NCBI GenBank assembly: GCA_036404475.1
Contig: DASWZL010000004.1
Location: 8,655-72,654 of the forward strand
Direction: 5' to 3'
DNA from: Thermoplasmata archaeon
GTDB taxonomy: Archaea > Thermoplasmatota > Thermoplasmata > Lutacidiplasmatales > UBA184
Length of the DNA: 64,000 nucleotides
In this document: piece by piece, positions 36,098 through 45,345 of the stretch
Position numbering within the stretch: the first letter of the stretch is position 1
Layout: each line of letters opens with the position of its first letter
Made by a program: the position numbers and the translations under genes
The notes under the pieces: generated by a model
What the model saw: only the letters and a program-made list of their open reading frames with translations
The model's database searches: none
Told to the model about the DNA's origin: nothing

Positions 36098-36506
36098 GTG
36101 GGGGAGCTTCCCGACGACCGCGGACGTCGGCATCTGGGCGACCGGGCCGTCCTCGGCGGCCCTGTTCGAGGCCCTGGGGCTCGGCCTCTACGCCCTCATG
36201 ACCGACCTGAGGAAGGTCCGCCGCCGGGAGGACCGGGCGGTGAGCGCGTCGGGAGGGGACCCGACGGAGCTCGTGGTCGCGTTCCTGACCGAGCTCATCG
36301 TCCTCGAGCAGACGGACGGGTTCATCGGCCGCGACATCCGGGCGCGGCCGGTCGGGGACCCTCCGACCGCGATCCTGGCGAGCGTCTCGGGCGAGCGGTT
36401 CGACCCGGACCGTCACACCTCGCGGACCGAGGTCAAGGCGGTGACCCTCCACGGCCTCGTCTTCGACCCGAAGCGCGGCCGGGCCCGGGTGATCGTGGAC
36501 ATCTAG
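36098..36506 (+). CDS. Archease (frame interrupted by 1 nt immediately after the GTG start)
   Basis: WGSFPTTADVGIWATGPSSAALFEALGLGLYALMTDL... through KAVTLHGLVFD...RVIVDI. The conserved N-terminus lies upstream of the first in-frame start (ATG 36198). GTG 36098 is out of frame by one G in a G5 run. Confidence 0.75.
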
Positions 36507-36540
36507 TCGGGTCTCGTCTCGTCGCGGGCGCGGCGGTGCG

Positions 36541-37677
36541 TCAGGGCATCCGGTCGACGACCTCGCGCAGCGAGGCGCCGGGGGACGGGAGATGGCCCGC
36601 CTTCCCCAGGATCCGCTCGATCGCCGCGAAGGTGACGAGGAGGTCCGGCCAATCGGCGATCCCCATGTGGCCGATGCGGAAGATCTTGCCGGCGAGCGCC
36701 CCCTGACCCCCTTGGAGGAGGATGTTGTACTGTCGCTCGAGCACCTTGCGGAACTCGGGGTCTCCCATCCCGGCGGGGTTCTTCACCGCCGTGACCGTGT
36801 CGGAGGCGTGCCTCCGGTCCGGGAACAGCTCGAGGCCGAGCACGTCGACCGCGGCGCGCGAGGCCTCGGCGAGCCGGTGGGTTCTCTCGAGGCGGTGGTC
36901 GAGCCCTTCCTCCTTGAGGAGGAGGAGCGCCTCGCGGAGCGCGAGGAAGAGCGGGACCGCGGGCGTCCACGGGGTGTCGTTCTTCTCGATCGACTTCAAG
37001 TGGGCGGCGAGGTCGAGGTAGAACGTCCCCGGGTGCAGCGCGGCGACCGCCCGGTCGGAGAGGTGGACGAGCGCGAGCCCGGCGGGAGCCGCGAGGCCCT
37101 TCTGGCTGCCCGCGACCACCGCGTCGACACCCCAGGCCTCGATCGGAAGCGGGATCCCGGCGACCGCGCTGATACCGTCGACGAGGAAGAGCGCGCCGGA
37201 CGCGCGGATCGCGGGAGCGAGGGACTGGAGGTCGTTCGCGAGCCCAACGCTCGTCTCGTTGTGGACGAGGCAGACCGCTTTGACGTCCCCCTTCGCGAGC
37301 TCGGCGTTGACGGAATCGACCGAGACCGGCTGGCCCCAGGGCGCGGAGAGCGTGGTCACGTTGCTCGAGTACCGGCGGACGAGCGAGTTCGTCCGGTCCC
37401 CGAAGTTCCCGTTCGTCAGCACGAGCGTGCGCCCCTCCTTGGGCACGAGGGAGGAGTAGACCGCCTCGAGGCCGGCCGTGCCGCTGCCCGTAACGATGAC
37501 CTGGTGGCCTTTCGCGCCGAAGAGGACGGGCACGAGCTCGCGGATCTCGGCGACGACGCCGTGGAAGTAATCGCCCCGGTGGTTGAGGGACGGCATCGAC
37601 ATCGCGCGGAGGACCCGGGGGTGGATCCGAACGGGTCCGGCGATCAGGAACGTCGCCGTCTCGGGGTCGTACGTCAT
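36541..37677 (-). CDS. Class V aminotransferase (serine-pyruvate / phosphoserine aminotransferase-like)
   Basis: 378 aa. VTGSGTAGLEAV and AGSQKGLAAPAGLALV (PLP lysine). The start overlaps the serA-like stop (ATGA). Confidence 0.8.
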   Translation of the reverse strand: MTYDPETATFLIAGPVRIHPRVLRAMSMPSLNHRGDYFHGVVAEIRELVPVLFGAKGHQVIVTGSGTAGLEAVYSSLVPKEGRTLVLTNGNFGDRTNSLVRRYSSNVTTLSAPWGQPVSVDSVNAELAKGDVKAVCLVHNETSVGLANDLQSLAPAIRASGALFLVDGISAVAGIPLPIEAWGVDAVVAGSQKGLAAPAGLALVHLSDRAVAALHPGTFYLDLAAHLKSIEKNDTPWTPAVPLFLALREALLLLKEEGLDHRLERTHRLAEASRAAVDVLGLELFPDRRHASDTVTAVKNPAGMGDPEFRKVLERQYNILLQGGQGALAGKIFRIGHMGIADWPDLLVTFAAIERILGKAGHLPSPGASLREVVDRMP

Positions 37678-38645
37678 CGGGCGCCTCCCGGGGTCGCGAC
37701 GAGGGCAGTGAGGGGCTCCCCTCGGAGCGCGCGGAGGACCTCGTCCACGGTGTCGGTGCCCGCCCGCTGCTGGGCCTCGTGCGTCGAAGCGCCGAGGTGC
37801 GGGGTCGCAATCACGTTGGGATGCGCGAGAAGCTCTCGGTTCATCGGAGGTTCCACCTCAAAGACGTCGAGCGCGGCCCCGGCGAGGCGACCCGAGGCGA
37901 GGGCGGCGAGCAGGGCGGCCTCGTCCACGAGGACGCCGCGCGCGACATTGACCAGGAAGGCGCCGGGCTTCATCCGTCCGAACGCCCGGGCGTCGAGCAT
38001 GTGGCGGTTCTCCGCCGTCACCGCCGCGTGGACGCTCACGATGTCCGCCCTCTCGAGAAGGCGGTCGAGCGGTACCATCTCGGTCCCGTCCCCGGCCTTC
38101 GGGACGAACGGGTCGAACGCGATCGTCGTGACGCCGAACGGTACCAGGCGACGCGCGACCTCGCGCGCGATGCGGCCGTAGCCGACGAAACCGACCGTCT
38201 TGCCCGAGAGCTCCCGACCGTGCGTCCCCCGCTTCCATTCTCCGGCTTTCGTGGTCGAGATGGAAGGGTAGAGGCCTCGCACGAGCAGGAGGTAGAGGGT
38301 GACGGTGAGCTCCGCGACGCTTTGGGTCGCGGCGCTCGGAGCGTTGACGACCCGGATCCCCCGCGCGGCGGTCGCGGCCATGTCGATGTTGTCGACGCCG
38401 ACCCCCGCGCGGGCGACGAGCTCGAGGTGAGGGGCCTTCGCCAGGAGGTCAGCGGTCACCTTCGTCCGGCTTCGGACGATGAGCCCCCACGCCTCGGTGA
38501 GGTGGGCGGGCAACGACGCGGGGTCGGCGCTCGCGTCGACCACTCGGCACGGGCCGGTCTTCAGTCGGTCGAGGGCCTCTCGGTCAATCGGGTCCGCGAC
38601 GACGACCACCCGTTCGGACGACATCGCGAGACCGACCCGGACCAT
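37674..38645 (-). CDS. serA: D-3-phosphoglycerate dehydrogenase / D-2-hydroxyacid dehydrogenase
   Basis: GFVGYGRIAREVARRL NAD motif and ATPHLGAST. No ACT domain. Confidence 0.75.
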   Translation of the reverse strand: MVRVGLAMSSERVVVVADPIDREALDRLKTGPCRVVDASADPASLPAHLTEAWGLIVRSRTKVTADLLAKAPHLELVARAGVGVDNIDMAATAARGIRVVNAPSAATQSVAELTVTLYLLLVRGLYPSISTTKAGEWKRGTHGRELSGKTVGFVGYGRIAREVARRLVPFGVTTIAFDPFVPKAGDGTEMVPLDRLLERADIVSVHAAVTAENRHMLDARAFGRMKPGAFLVNVARGVLVDEAALLAALASGRLAGAALDVFEVEPPMNRELLAHPNVIATPHLGASTHEAQQRAGTDTVDEVLRALRGEPLTALVATPGGAR

Positions 38646-38673
38646 CCTGAAAACCCTTTGCGCTCCCCCGGGG

Positions 38674-39624
38674 CTAGCCGACCTTCGGTACCGGGGTGTT
38701 ATCGAGCGAGTGCCGGACGATGTCCGCGCCCCGGGTGCCGCGGATCCACGGTTCCGGCTTCACGATGATCCGGTGCGCGAGCGCGGGGACCGCGAACGAC
38801 TTGATGTCGTCGGGAACGACGAAGTCGCGGCCCTCGAGCAGGGCCCGCGCTCGGGACAGCTTCTGGAGGGCGAGCGACCCCCGGGGCGACGCGCCGACCT
38901 CGGTGCGGACGTCGTGACGGGTCGCGCGGACGAGCTCCACGATGTACTCGGCCAGGCTCGGGTCGAGGGTGATCTCCTCGACCGCCCGTTGGAGGCCGAG
39001 GAAGGTGGTCGCGTCCGCGATCGGAGGGACCTCGACGTTCTCGACCTTCCGGGCTCGACGTCGCTCGAGGATCCCTCGCTCTTCCTCGGGCGTGGGGTAG
39101 CCCACCTGCAGGCGGACGAGGAAGCGGTCCACCTGGGCCTCGGGAAGCGGGTAGGTGCCTTCGAGCTCGAGCGGGTTCTCCGTCGCGATCACCAGGAACG
39201 GTCGCGGGAGCGGGTACGTCGAGCGTTCGCTCGTCACCTGGTACTCCTGCATCGCCTCCAAGAGCGAGGACTGCACCTTCGGCGGTGCCCGGTTGATCTC
39301 GTCGGCGAGGAGGATGTTCGTGAAGATCGGGCCGCGGCGGAACGAGAACCCCCCCTTCTCGGGGTCGAGGATCTCCCCCCCGGTGATGTCGTGCGGAAGA
39401 AGGTCAGCCGTGAACTGCACGCGCTGGAATTCGAGGCCGAGCGCGCTCGCGAACGACTTCGCCAGAAGGGTCTTCCCGAGACCGGGAAGGTCCTCGATGA
39501 GGAGGTGACCGTCCGCGACCAGCGCGGTCAGCACCTGCTCGACCGCGAGCTCCCGGCCCACGACCGCCGTCCGCACCGCCCCGCGGATCCGGTCCGCGAG
39601 CGCCCGGGCTTCGGTCGGGTTCAC
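38674..39624 (-). CDS. MoxR-family AAA+ ATPase
   Basis: GHLLIEDLPGLGKT (Walker A) and LLADEINRAPPKVQSSLLEAMQE. GTG start. Confidence 0.9.
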   Translation of the reverse strand: MNPTEARALADRIRGAVRTAVVGRELAVEQVLTALVADGHLLIEDLPGLGKTLLAKSFASALGLEFQRVQFTADLLPHDITGGEILDPEKGGFSFRRGPIFTNILLADEINRAPPKVQSSLLEAMQEYQVTSERSTYPLPRPFLVIATENPLELEGTYPLPEAQVDRFLVRLQVGYPTPEEERGILERRRARKVENVEVPPIADATTFLGLQRAVEEITLDPSLAEYIVELVRATRHDVRTEVGASPRGSLALQKLSRARALLEGRDFVVPDDIKSFAVPALAHRIIVKPEPWIRGTRGADIVRHSLDNTPVPKVG

Positions 39625-39916
39625 TGTCGTCCCTCCGGCCGCCGACTGCCCCCGGGGTATATGGCGAACCCCCCGACTCCGGTGCGCGCCGGGGTCCGGG
39701 ACGGGTCGACTGTTCCCCAGCCGTAACGACCTCCCTCACGGTAGGCGCACGCCCTCTCAGGGGTCTGACCCCGGCCGGGGGTGTCGGACACCGGGGTTGT
39801 CCTCACGTCATCCTCGGCGGACGACCCGTCCGCGTTGAGTCGAGAGGGACCCTTCGTCGGTACCCGGGCGCAGCGGTGCCGCGCCGTGAAGGATACCGGT
39901 CGCCTCCCCATTAGCT

Positions 39917-40435
39917 TCACGCCTCTTCCCGGTCGAAGGCCGTCGGGCGCCCTACGAGGAGGGCGACGGCGGCGAGCGTGAGCGCGAGGAGACCTCCGGC
40001 GACCCCGAGCGGGACCGCGCCCGCGGGGAGGAGGAGCGCGCTCGACCAGGCGATCCCGAGGGCGAGCGCCGGCACGGTGACCGTCGGAAGGCTCCGGACG
40101 GACCCCCTCGCCGGGCGGGACGGGTCGTCCGCGAGCCAGACGAGGAACGCGAGGCCCGCGAGCCCCGCGACGAGCTCGGTGCCGAGCCCGACCGGGGCCG
40201 GGATGGCTTCGAGAGCGAGGGCGGCGAGAGCCGGTACGGGAGCATACGCGGCGACGCGGTTCCGGGAACTCATGCGAAGCGCGGCGGCGACGGCGATGGC
40301 GGCCGCCGCCAGGAGGGGTCCGAATCCGTCGGGAACACCGGAGAGGAAGCCGAGGTAGGTGGCGGAGACCAGCAGGAGGGCGAGCGATACCGGTCGGAGG
40401 GACCGAAGCCGGACCCGCGCCGTCGGGGCGCTCAT
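39917..40435 (-). CDS. Polytopic membrane protein (unknown family)
   Basis: 172 aa, MSAPTARVRLRSLRPVSLALLLVSATYLGF..., 5-6 TM helices. Its ATG overlaps the DUF58 stop. It is the C-terminal part of the spurious long ORF 39917..41689. Confidence 0.6.
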   Translation of the reverse strand: MSAPTARVRLRSLRPVSLALLLVSATYLGFLSGVPDGFGPLLAAAAIAVAAALRMSSRNRVAAYAPVPALAALALEAIPAPVGLGTELVAGLAGLAFLVWLADDPSRPARGSVRSLPTVTVPALALGIAWSSALLLPAGAVPLGVAGGLLALTLAAVALLVGRPTAFDREEA

Positions 40436-41718
40436 CAGGCCCTCCGGACGCGCGGGCGACGGACGAACTCCACGAACTTCCCGAGCGACCAGTAGTCGTC
40501 CCAGTCGATCGTCGGGGACTCCTGCCAGGCCCGCGCGATCCGATCCCGGCGCACGAGGCGGGCGATCCGACTCGCGAGCTCCTCGTCCGCTCCGGTGAGT
40601 TGCGACGCGGCTGCGATGAGCGGGAGGGGCGACGGACTGAGGACCACGGCCGGGAAGCCCCGCCGTCGCAGGTACGGGCTCAGGTCCTCCGACGAATCGT
40701 CCGCGAGGCTGGAGAAGACGACTGTCGTGAGCCCCGGCGGGAAATGGCGCCGGGCGGAGACCGCGCACCGCTCGGCCGGGGCGGAGACCGAGGAGAGATG
40801 GGCCCGCTTCAGGGCCATCTCGATGCGGATGCGCTGGGTCCGGCCCGTGGAGAGCGGGACGACGTCCAGGAACTCTCCGAACACCCCGACCCCGACCCTC
40901 GACTTCACTCGGAGGAAGGAGTCGCTGAGGCCGACCGCGGCCGCGCGGGCGACCGAGAAGAGGCGCTCGTCGACCGCCCGTCCGAGCGGCGTCGGCCGGG
41001 CATCGAGGAGGATCAGGAGGTCCCCCGTCTTGTCGAGGTCGTACTCGTTCGCGAGCGGTCGTCCGGCGCGGGCGGTGGCGCGCCAATTGATCTGCCGGGG
41101 AGGGTCGTCCGGCCGCGCGGGACGGATCCCGTGGAACTCGCCACTCTCCCCGACCCGTCGGGAGTGGGTCTCCCCCGGAAGAGGGGTCGTACGCTCGAGT
41201 CGGACGGCCCCGATGCGAAGGAGCTCGGGCGGATACCGAGAGACCACGACGGGGGAGGCCGAGGAGACGGTCTCCCGTTCCACGATCCCCATCGGGTCCC
41301 GCCATAGGACCGTCGGGACGGTGACCTCGGTGATGGTGGGCTCGGGAGCGGTCCAGTTCGCGGCGAACCGGATCTGCGATGGCGAGTAATCGAACTGGGC
41401 GGGGTCCCCGACCAGGCTCGGGGGTCGCTCGAGCTCGACGACGAGGTCTCGAGCGTCCACCCCCGGTTCCGGTACGACGGCGCCCCGGAGCCGCACCTCG
41501 GCCGCCGCGCCCTCGACCGAAAGGTCGATCCGGACCGGTGGGGAGCTCCGGGGACCGGCGAGGCCGGCCGCGACGGGCGCGAGGAGGAGGGGAAGCGCAA
41601 GGAACAGCGGGGTCGGGTTGCGGGTGAGGACCGCGGCGAGCAGCAACGCGGCCCCCGTCGACAAGAGGAACGGGGCGAGCGGTCGCCATCGAAGCGGGCG
41701 CGACCGGGGGTCGCTCAC
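40435..41718 (-). CDS. DUF58-domain protein
   Basis: GESGEFHGIRPARPDDPPRQINWRATARAGRPLANEY is the DUF58 signature. Two N-terminal TM helices. Confidence 0.8.
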   Translation of the reverse strand: MSDPRSRPLRWRPLAPFLLSTGAALLLAAVLTRNPTPLFLALPLLLAPVAAGLAGPRSSPPVRIDLSVEGAAAEVRLRGAVVPEPGVDARDLVVELERPPSLVGDPAQFDYSPSQIRFAANWTAPEPTITEVTVPTVLWRDPMGIVERETVSSASPVVVSRYPPELLRIGAVRLERTTPLPGETHSRRVGESGEFHGIRPARPDDPPRQINWRATARAGRPLANEYDLDKTGDLLILLDARPTPLGRAVDERLFSVARAAAVGLSDSFLRVKSRVGVGVFGEFLDVVPLSTGRTQRIRIEMALKRAHLSSVSAPAERCAVSARRHFPPGLTTVVFSSLADDSSEDLSPYLRRRGFPAVVLSPSPLPLIAAASQLTGADEELASRIARLVRRDRIARAWQESPTIDWDDYWSLGKFVEFVRRPRVRRA

Positions 41719-42119
41719 GTCTGCCTCTCGAGGTAGCTCACGCGCTCGCCGAGGTACTCCCGGAACTCCTCCGGGCTCAGGGCCTGGAGACGACCGAGCT
41801 CCTCCATGGAGGTGTTCGGTCGATTCGAGCTACCTCCGGTCCGCTCGAGGTTGTCGAGCAACCAGACGAGCGCGGAACGGCCGTGCGCTCCGGCTCGGAG
41901 CGAGGAGCGGACCCGCGCCGGGTCGGCCGGCAGGGTCGGAAGAGGTCGGCCGGGGGGCCAGCGGGTCTGCGCGACGACCCCGACCAAGAGGAGCGCTGCC
42001 GCCGTGACCGCGACGGCGGCGGCCGGAAGGGCCGTCGCCTCGTTCGTCCCGGCCGCGATCGCCAGCCCGCTCGCGAGGACCGCCACGACGCACAGGAGCA
42101 CCGTCGCGGCGGCGTTCAT
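41715..42119 (-). CDS. Small membrane protein (2 TM plus a helical tail)
   Basis: 134-aa ORF with 4-nt overlaps to both neighbouring genes. Confidence 0.55.
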   Translation of the reverse strand: MNAAATVLLCVVAVLASGLAIAAGTNEATALPAAAVAVTAAALLLVGVVAQTRWPPGRPLPTLPADPARVRSSLRAGAHGRSALVWLLDNLERTGGSSNRPNTSMEELGRLQALSPEEFREYLGERVSYLERQT

Positions 42120-43036
42120 TCGTGGAAGGTCCGTCGGGCGAGGTCATCGAGCGTCGCCCGGACCGCTTCCTGCGCTCGAACGCTCTCCGCCAGGCCCATC
42201 GGGTGGGTCGAGTACCGGGCCTCCTCGAAGAGGCGCGTGAGCGTTCTCGCCGCCTCCGGCCGGACGCCGAGGCGGACGAGATGGGCCGCGCGGATCTCCT
42301 CGGGCGTGCTCGTCCCGAGGTCGGCGACCATCGGTTGTAGGTGCGTCAGCATCGCCGCGTAGAGGGCGAGGATGACGACACGAGGGTCCCCCCCGAGGTC
42401 GAGGTCGGTGGACGCCCGGGTCAGGGCCTCGCGCATGCCCGCGGGCACGGTCACCTCCGTTCTGCGACGCATGACGCCCCCCTCGCGCCGTTCGGCAAGG
42501 TACCGACGGGTCTGGGGAACCCCGACGACGACAACGAGCAGCACGACGATCCCGAGGACCGCGAGCGGGACCCACCCCGGCAGGCTTGGGAAGAGGACAA
42601 TCTGACCGCCCGTGCCGTTGAGTTGCCCGGTGATCACCGTGCTGTTGTTCGGGGGGGTGCCGGAGTTGCCGTCGGCTACGCCGCCGGAACCTCCCGGGCC
42701 GACCATTCCGCCAACGCCGAGGAAGCGCGCCCCGACCACGAAGAGGACTCCCAGAAGGACCACCGCGAGGATGGAAACGGCCACCCGGGTCAGCGCCGAG
42801 CTCGGACCGGACGTGAGGCGCCAGACCACCAGGCTCCCCACGACCAAGGCCACTATCCCCCACGAGATGGCGGCGATCGTCCACTCGGGTAGGATGACCA
42901 GGGACGCCGTGCCGGAGGACGGCGGGGGTGCTGTCGATGCGGCGACGAGGATGCTCGCCGCGGCACCGGTCGCGAGGGCGACGACCAGGACGACGAGGAG
43001 GACCCAGGAGATGCGAGGCGCGGGCTTGTTCGTCAC
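42116..43036 (-). CDS. DUF4129-domain membrane protein
   Basis: Multi-TM. The C-terminal TSTPEEIRAAHLVRLGVRPEAARTLTRLFEEARYSTHP fits DUF4129. Confidence 0.65.
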   Translation of the reverse strand: MTNKPAPRISWVLLVVLVVALATGAAASILVAASTAPPPSSGTASLVILPEWTIAAISWGIVALVVGSLVVWRLTSGPSSALTRVAVSILAVVLLGVLFVVGARFLGVGGMVGPGGSGGVADGNSGTPPNNSTVITGQLNGTGGQIVLFPSLPGWVPLAVLGIVVLLVVVVGVPQTRRYLAERREGGVMRRRTEVTVPAGMREALTRASTDLDLGGDPRVVILALYAAMLTHLQPMVADLGTSTPEEIRAAHLVRLGVRPEAARTLTRLFEEARYSTHPMGLAESVRAQEAVRATLDDLARRTFHE

Positions 43037-43078
43037 GTTCGGCCGACGGCCCGACCGATGAGAATGCCGGGGGCGGCC

Positions 43079-43978
43079 TTATACGCTTGGGGCGGCGGGG
43101 GCGGCGCTCCCCGGGGTCTCCTTCGGGGCCGGCGAGAGGAAGTAGAAGCTGCGCCGCTCGTGGTCCGCCGTGATCACCGCGAAGTCGTCGACCCGGTACC
43201 CCGTGTCGAACGCGGCCCGGAACCCGTCCCGGACGGCGTGCCGCCACTGCCGGAGCGCCTCCGGTTCGTGCTCTCGGACGGTCTCGAGGTCGAACGGTAT
43301 TTCTAGATGGGCCGGTTCCCCGCTCGGCTCCGCGACCGCAGTCGGCCGACGCAAGCCTTGGTCGCCCACTTCGGTCTCCACGATCGCGACCGAACGCTTC
43401 CAACGGGCGAGATCCTCCTCCGCCGTCGGGAACGACCCTCCGATCCTTTCTTCGACATGGGGCGTCGCGATCTCCCAGCGCAGGCGGAGACGGTCGGTCT
43501 CCACGTCGCGATTGAGGTTGTCGGGCATCTGCCCGTAGTAGTGGATGAAGTAGCGGTCCGGGACGCCGCCCAGGCGGCGGACGTTGAGCCAGGCGTTGCG
43601 GCTCTGGAGCGGGTCGAACGTCCAGCGGATCTCGGGAAGGCCGAGCTTGAGCACCTCGTCCCGTTGGAACGCTTTCAGACGGAATCCGAGGTGGTGGTTC
43701 TGGTACTCGGGGCGGACGGCCGTGACATGCGAGTAGTGGAAGAGTGTCGTTCCGTCCCAACCGAGGAACGAGAGAGCGAACCCGGCGAGGTAGATGTCGA
43801 CGAACGCCCCGAGGACGAGGCCTCCGTTGTCCTGGAGGGCCCGCTGAAGAGGGGCGGGCACCCCCTCGTCGCCCCAGACCGCGCGGTGCACTTCCAGCAC
43901 CTGACGGAACTCCTCGGGCTTCTCGAGCTTCCGGAACCGGAACTCGCGCCCACCGCTACTGACGCCGGCGGCCCCCAC
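43079..43978 (-). CDS. GNAT-fold protein (COG3375-like)
   Basis: HYSHVTAVRPEYQNHHLGFRLKAFQRDEVLKLG...IRWTFDPLQSRNAWLN. Confidence 0.5.
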   Translation of the reverse strand: MGAAGVSSGGREFRFRKLEKPEEFRQVLEVHRAVWGDEGVPAPLQRALQDNGGLVLGAFVDIYLAGFALSFLGWDGTTLFHYSHVTAVRPEYQNHHLGFRLKAFQRDEVLKLGLPEIRWTFDPLQSRNAWLNVRRLGGVPDRYFIHYYGQMPDNLNRDVETDRLRLRWEIATPHVEERIGGSFPTAEEDLARWKRSVAIVETEVGDQGLRRPTAVAEPSGEPAHLEIPFDLETVREHEPEALRQWRHAVRDGFRAAFDTGYRVDDFAVITADHERRSFYFLSPAPKETPGSAAPAAPSV

Positions 43979-44051
43979 GGTCCGAGGACCGGCCGTCGAT
44001 ACTTAACCCGTACTCACCCGGATCTCGGCGAGCGAACCGACGGCGGTCCCA

Positions 44052-44471
44052 CTATCGACGGACCCGGAGCGCCGCGCGCTTCGCCTCGTACCGTTCCTCA
44101 TCGCGGGGAGTGAGGTCCCAGAGGAGGTCCTCGAGCTCGGTGATGTTCCGGAGGAACTCCGCCTTGCTCTTCGTGAGCATCAGGTGCTCGAACTTGTGCC
44201 GGGCGGTAAAGTACGCCCCGACCATGTACGCTCCCACGATCGCGATGATCGGTCCGAGGATCACGAACAGAAGGTCGTAGTTCCAGCCGGCCTGCGTGGC
44301 CGTATTGATGGAGGGGAACGGACCGACGTACTGGAGTGGGGTGAAGGCCCCGACCGCGAGGACCGTGAGCAGGACGCCCACCGCAAGGACGAAGATCGAG
44401 ATCCACGCGCGGTACGTCCTCATCCCGTGGCGCAGGCGTCGCCCGAGCGGGACCTTCTCCGGGGTTGCCAT
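44052..44471 (-). CDS. Small membrane protein (2 TM plus a C-terminal helix)
   Basis: 139 aa. A TATA-like cttaagg lies about 27 nt upstream of ATG 44471. Confidence 0.6.
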   Translation of the reverse strand: MATPEKVPLGRRLRHGMRTYRAWISIFVLAVGVLLTVLAVGAFTPLQYVGPFPSINTATQAGWNYDLLFVILGPIIAIVGAYMVGAYFTARHKFEHLMLTKSKAEFLRNITELEDLLWDLTPRDEERYEAKRAALRVRR

Positions 44472-44554
44472 TCCGCCGGTGGGAGACGGTTTTCCTTAAG
44501 AGGCTATCCGGGGCGTTGTCGGCGAGGGGCGCCGGCGCCCGACCCGACCGCGCC

Positions 44555-45343
44555 CTACCCGCTACCGCGCGGCGGCTTCCCGCCGGGCAACGACTCGGAA
44601 CGGGTGGTCCGGCCATAGGCCAGAGGACCTTCGGGCACCAGCGGTTTCGGCCCTGCCGAGGGGGCGGGCACGCGCGCGAGGGCCGGCCGAAGGCGACGGT
44701 AGACGAGGACGGCGCCGAACAGGGCGACGAGGGCTCCCCCGAACCCCGTCGCCTCTCCGCCGAGGTAGCCGAGGCCCAGCAGGAAGAACCCCACGGCGCT
44801 GAACAGCGCCCCCGCCACCACGCCGCCTCCGACCCGTTCGCCCGGTGCCGAGGGAGGAAGCGACAGGAAGCTCCCCGACACCTGAAGGGCGACGATGGCG
44901 AGCGACTCGAGGAGAACGAGCGCGGTGCCGTCCACCGAGATCGTCGGGTTGCTCAGGTACTGGGAGACGACGGCGAGCGAGATGATCCCTCCGATCGCCG
45001 CGCGATAGCCGAGGGCGTAGAACGGCCGGGCCGGCTCCCGGCCCCAGTACTGGGTACGGAGGAGCGCCCACTGGGCCACCTCGTCCCCTCCGACCAGCAG
45101 CGCGAGGAACACCAGGGCGCTGATCAACGCGCCGCTCCCCATCGAGACCTGGAACAGGATGAAGGCGATCGCGAGCGGGATTCCGACGAACAGGCCGGCG
45201 GTGTAGGCGAACAGCTCCTTCCGCTCGTCGAAGAGCGTGACCGGCACCTGGGGTTCCGCGTACCGGCCGACCTCGATATAGAGGAACGCGCCCGAGAGCA
45301 GTACTCCCACGACGGCGCCGAGGGTGAGCGACGCGACGACCAT
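44555..45343 (-). CDS. Polytopic membrane protein
   Basis: MVVASLTLGAVVGVLLSGAFLYIEVG..., about 8 TM helices. The start lies 3 nt from the trmI stop. It is the C-terminal part of ORF 44555..46105. Confidence 0.6.
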   Translation of the reverse strand: MVVASLTLGAVVGVLLSGAFLYIEVGRYAEPQVPVTLFDERKELFAYTAGLFVGIPLAIAFILFQVSMGSGALISALVFLALLVGGDEVAQWALLRTQYWGREPARPFYALGYRAAIGGIISLAVVSQYLSNPTISVDGTALVLLESLAIVALQVSGSFLSLPPSAPGERVGGGVVAGALFSAVGFFLLGLGYLGGEATGFGGALVALFGAVLVYRRLRPALARVPAPSAGPKPLVPEGPLAYGRTTRSESLPGGKPPRGSG

Positions 45344-45345
45344 CG

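Noticed and set aside
39625-39916. SRP RNA or RNase P RNA in the MoxR-cluster spacer
   Set aside because: I could not find the conserved SRP helix-8 motif (AGGUCCGGAAGGAAGCAGC-like) or the RNase P GAGGAAAGUCC motif on either strand.
42144-43760. 538-aa minus-strand ORF overlapping the DUF4129 and GNAT-like genes in another frame
   Set aside because: Its product is an Arg/Pro/Gly-rich low-complexity string. The alternative frames give TM helices and a GNAT-type motif.
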